A stretch of DNA of 64,000 bases from an uncultured virus (IMG/VR IMGVR_UViG_3300049172_000101) (lineage: Duplodnaviria > Heunggongvirae > Uroviricota > Caudoviricetes): IMG/VR virus record IMGVR_UViG_3300049172_000101. One strand, 5' to 3'. Shown piece after piece: positions 62,928 through 64,000 of this stretch. Below the pieces are notes generated by a model, which saw only the letters and a list, made by a program, of their open reading frames with translations, was not told the DNA's origin and did no database searches. Each line of letters opens with the position of its first letter. Within the stretch, counting starts at the first letter, position 1. The translations under genes and the position numbers were made by a program.

Positions 62928-63085
62928 CAGGCGCTGCCCTTCGGTACTTCGCGGACCTGTCGGCCGGCCTCGCGGGCGGCCAACGCGTCGGCCGTCGTCT
63001 TGTACGGCGTGGGGTCGCCGACGCGGTTGCCCTCAGCGTCGATCACTTCGTACTGCGTCCGGTTCTTCCCGCAGTTGCATCCCAT
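62927..63085 (-). CDS. Small protein, MGCNCG start
   Basis: AAGGAG RBS. Confidence 0.65.
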   Translation of the reverse strand: MGCNCGKNRTQYEVIDAEGNRVGDPTPYKTTADALAAREAGRQVREVPKGSA

Positions 63086-63086
63086 G

Positions 63087-64000
63087 TCAGGCTCCTTCCG
63101 GCTGCGGTGCAGCACTGGCGGCGATCTCGGCGTGGATGGGTTCGATGCGTTCGAAGAGCTGGTCGATCTCGGCGCGCATGCGGGCGCGTTCGGTCTGCCG
63201 CTGCTCGAACGCGTCGGCGAAACGGTCGAGGAACTGGGGGCTGGTCAGCAGGTCGGCAGCGGCCTGCACGACATCGGTGGTGGGAGCGGTGTCGTGTGCC
63301 CGCCTATGCGACGGCTCGGCGGTGGTCTCGTGCTCGGCGTCCAGGGTCGCTGCGGCAGCCGTAAGCGCGAGGTTCGACCGCTCGACAACCGCGGTCGCGG
63401 CCAGGTGCGCGGCAGCGGCCAGCCGGTACTCCGGCTTGAGCGGGGAGGAGTGGCCGGGCACGGGGACGGACAGCACCGCCCGCAACTGCCAGCGCCCGTC
63501 GCCACCTTGCGTCATGTGGTAGCTGGGCTGGCAGGCGCGGAACACGGACAGGTCCCAGGACGACAGCCACGGGGCGGCGGCGCCGGAGAACCACATGCCG
63601 CCGGCGTTCATGCCGACGGTGACGATGCCGGCGACGGTGCGGGTGTCGTCGAACTGGCAGGCGGCGGTTTCGCATTCGGCGCCGTCGCGGTGGTGGCCGA
63701 CGTTCATGGTGATCGCGCCGACGGCGATCTCGGACCCGTCATCGAGGGCGAATCGGGCGCGCAGGAAGTGGCTGGTGTCGATTTGCCCGAGCTTGTCGAT
63801 CATCACTTTGCGGCCGTGGACCGCATGCGGCACGCCCGCTTGGGCGACCCAGCCGTAGATGCGGCCGTCCTTGTAGTGGACACCGCCGCTACCGGGCGGC
63901 AGCTCGGCCTCGGTGGGCTCGGCGAACCATTCGGCGGGCATCGGGTCTGCCTGCTGCATGACCTGCCAGGCGGAGGCTTCCAGCTCGCTCATGTCGCCGT
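63087..64000 (-). CDS. Capsid maturation protease-like protein (probably 5'-truncated by the window edge)
   Basis: Position upstream of the capsid gene; GRIYGWVA, GMWFSG and LSVPVPG motifs; frame stays open to the window end. Confidence 0.6.
   Translation of the reverse strand, partial: GDMSELEASAWQVMQQADPMPAEWFAEPTEAELPPGSGGVHYKDGRIYGWVAQAGVPHAVHGRKVMIDKLGQIDTSHFLRARFALDDGSEIAVGAITMNVGHHRDGAECETAACQFDDTRTVAGIVTVGMNAGGMWFSGAAAPWLSSWDLSVFRACQPSYHMTQGGDGRWQLRAVLSVPVPGHSSPLKPEYRLAAAAHLAATAVVERSNLALTAAAATLDAEHETTAEPSHRRAHDTAPTTDVVQAAADLLTSPQFLDRFADAFEQRQTERARMRAEIDQLFERIEPIHAEIAASAAPQPEGA

Larger units (their letters stand above)
1..64000. mobile_element. Temperate siphovirus-like actinophage genome (partial; both window edges lie inside the element)
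   Basis: Contiguous head, tail, lysis, integration, immunity and replication modules; no host housekeeping genes apart from the dodecin fragment in attP. Confidence 0.93.

Noticed and set aside
1..64000. tRNA/rRNA genes, IS transposases, terminase and portal
   Set aside because: None recognised by eye; packaging genes probably lie beyond the right edge.

Overview
High-GC actinobacterial DNA (Streptomyces-like gene content) comprising most of one temperate tailed phage genome, in non-integrated order. Read on the minus strand from the right end it encodes head genes (protease-like ORF, large and small capsid proteins, two Cys-rich repeat proteins), neck and tail genes, a tape measure, baseplate and fibre genes and a lysis cassette. 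The centre holds a second tyrosine recombinase with a lox/dif-like site, small accessory regulators, an apparently intact attP carrying the 3' part of a dodecin gene, the integrase and a CI/Cro-like switch. A long leftward early/replication operon follows (recombination genes, DEDDh exonuclease, WhiB, HNH, replication initiator with iterons, C5 methylase), and the left edge carries a GntR/UTRA pair divergent from an excisionase-like operon. The most striking unexplained structure is an 18-nt box (GCTGGTT[C/T/G]TGGGCCGGGC on the coding strand) found nine times. Each copy lies 25-29 nt upstream of a virion gene start, usually just downstream of a -10-like hexamer, and is followed by sequence that folds over the Shine-Dalgarno/start codon. 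This is a candidate phage-wide translational switch for late genes. All product calls come from motif recognition and synteny; no database searches were run.
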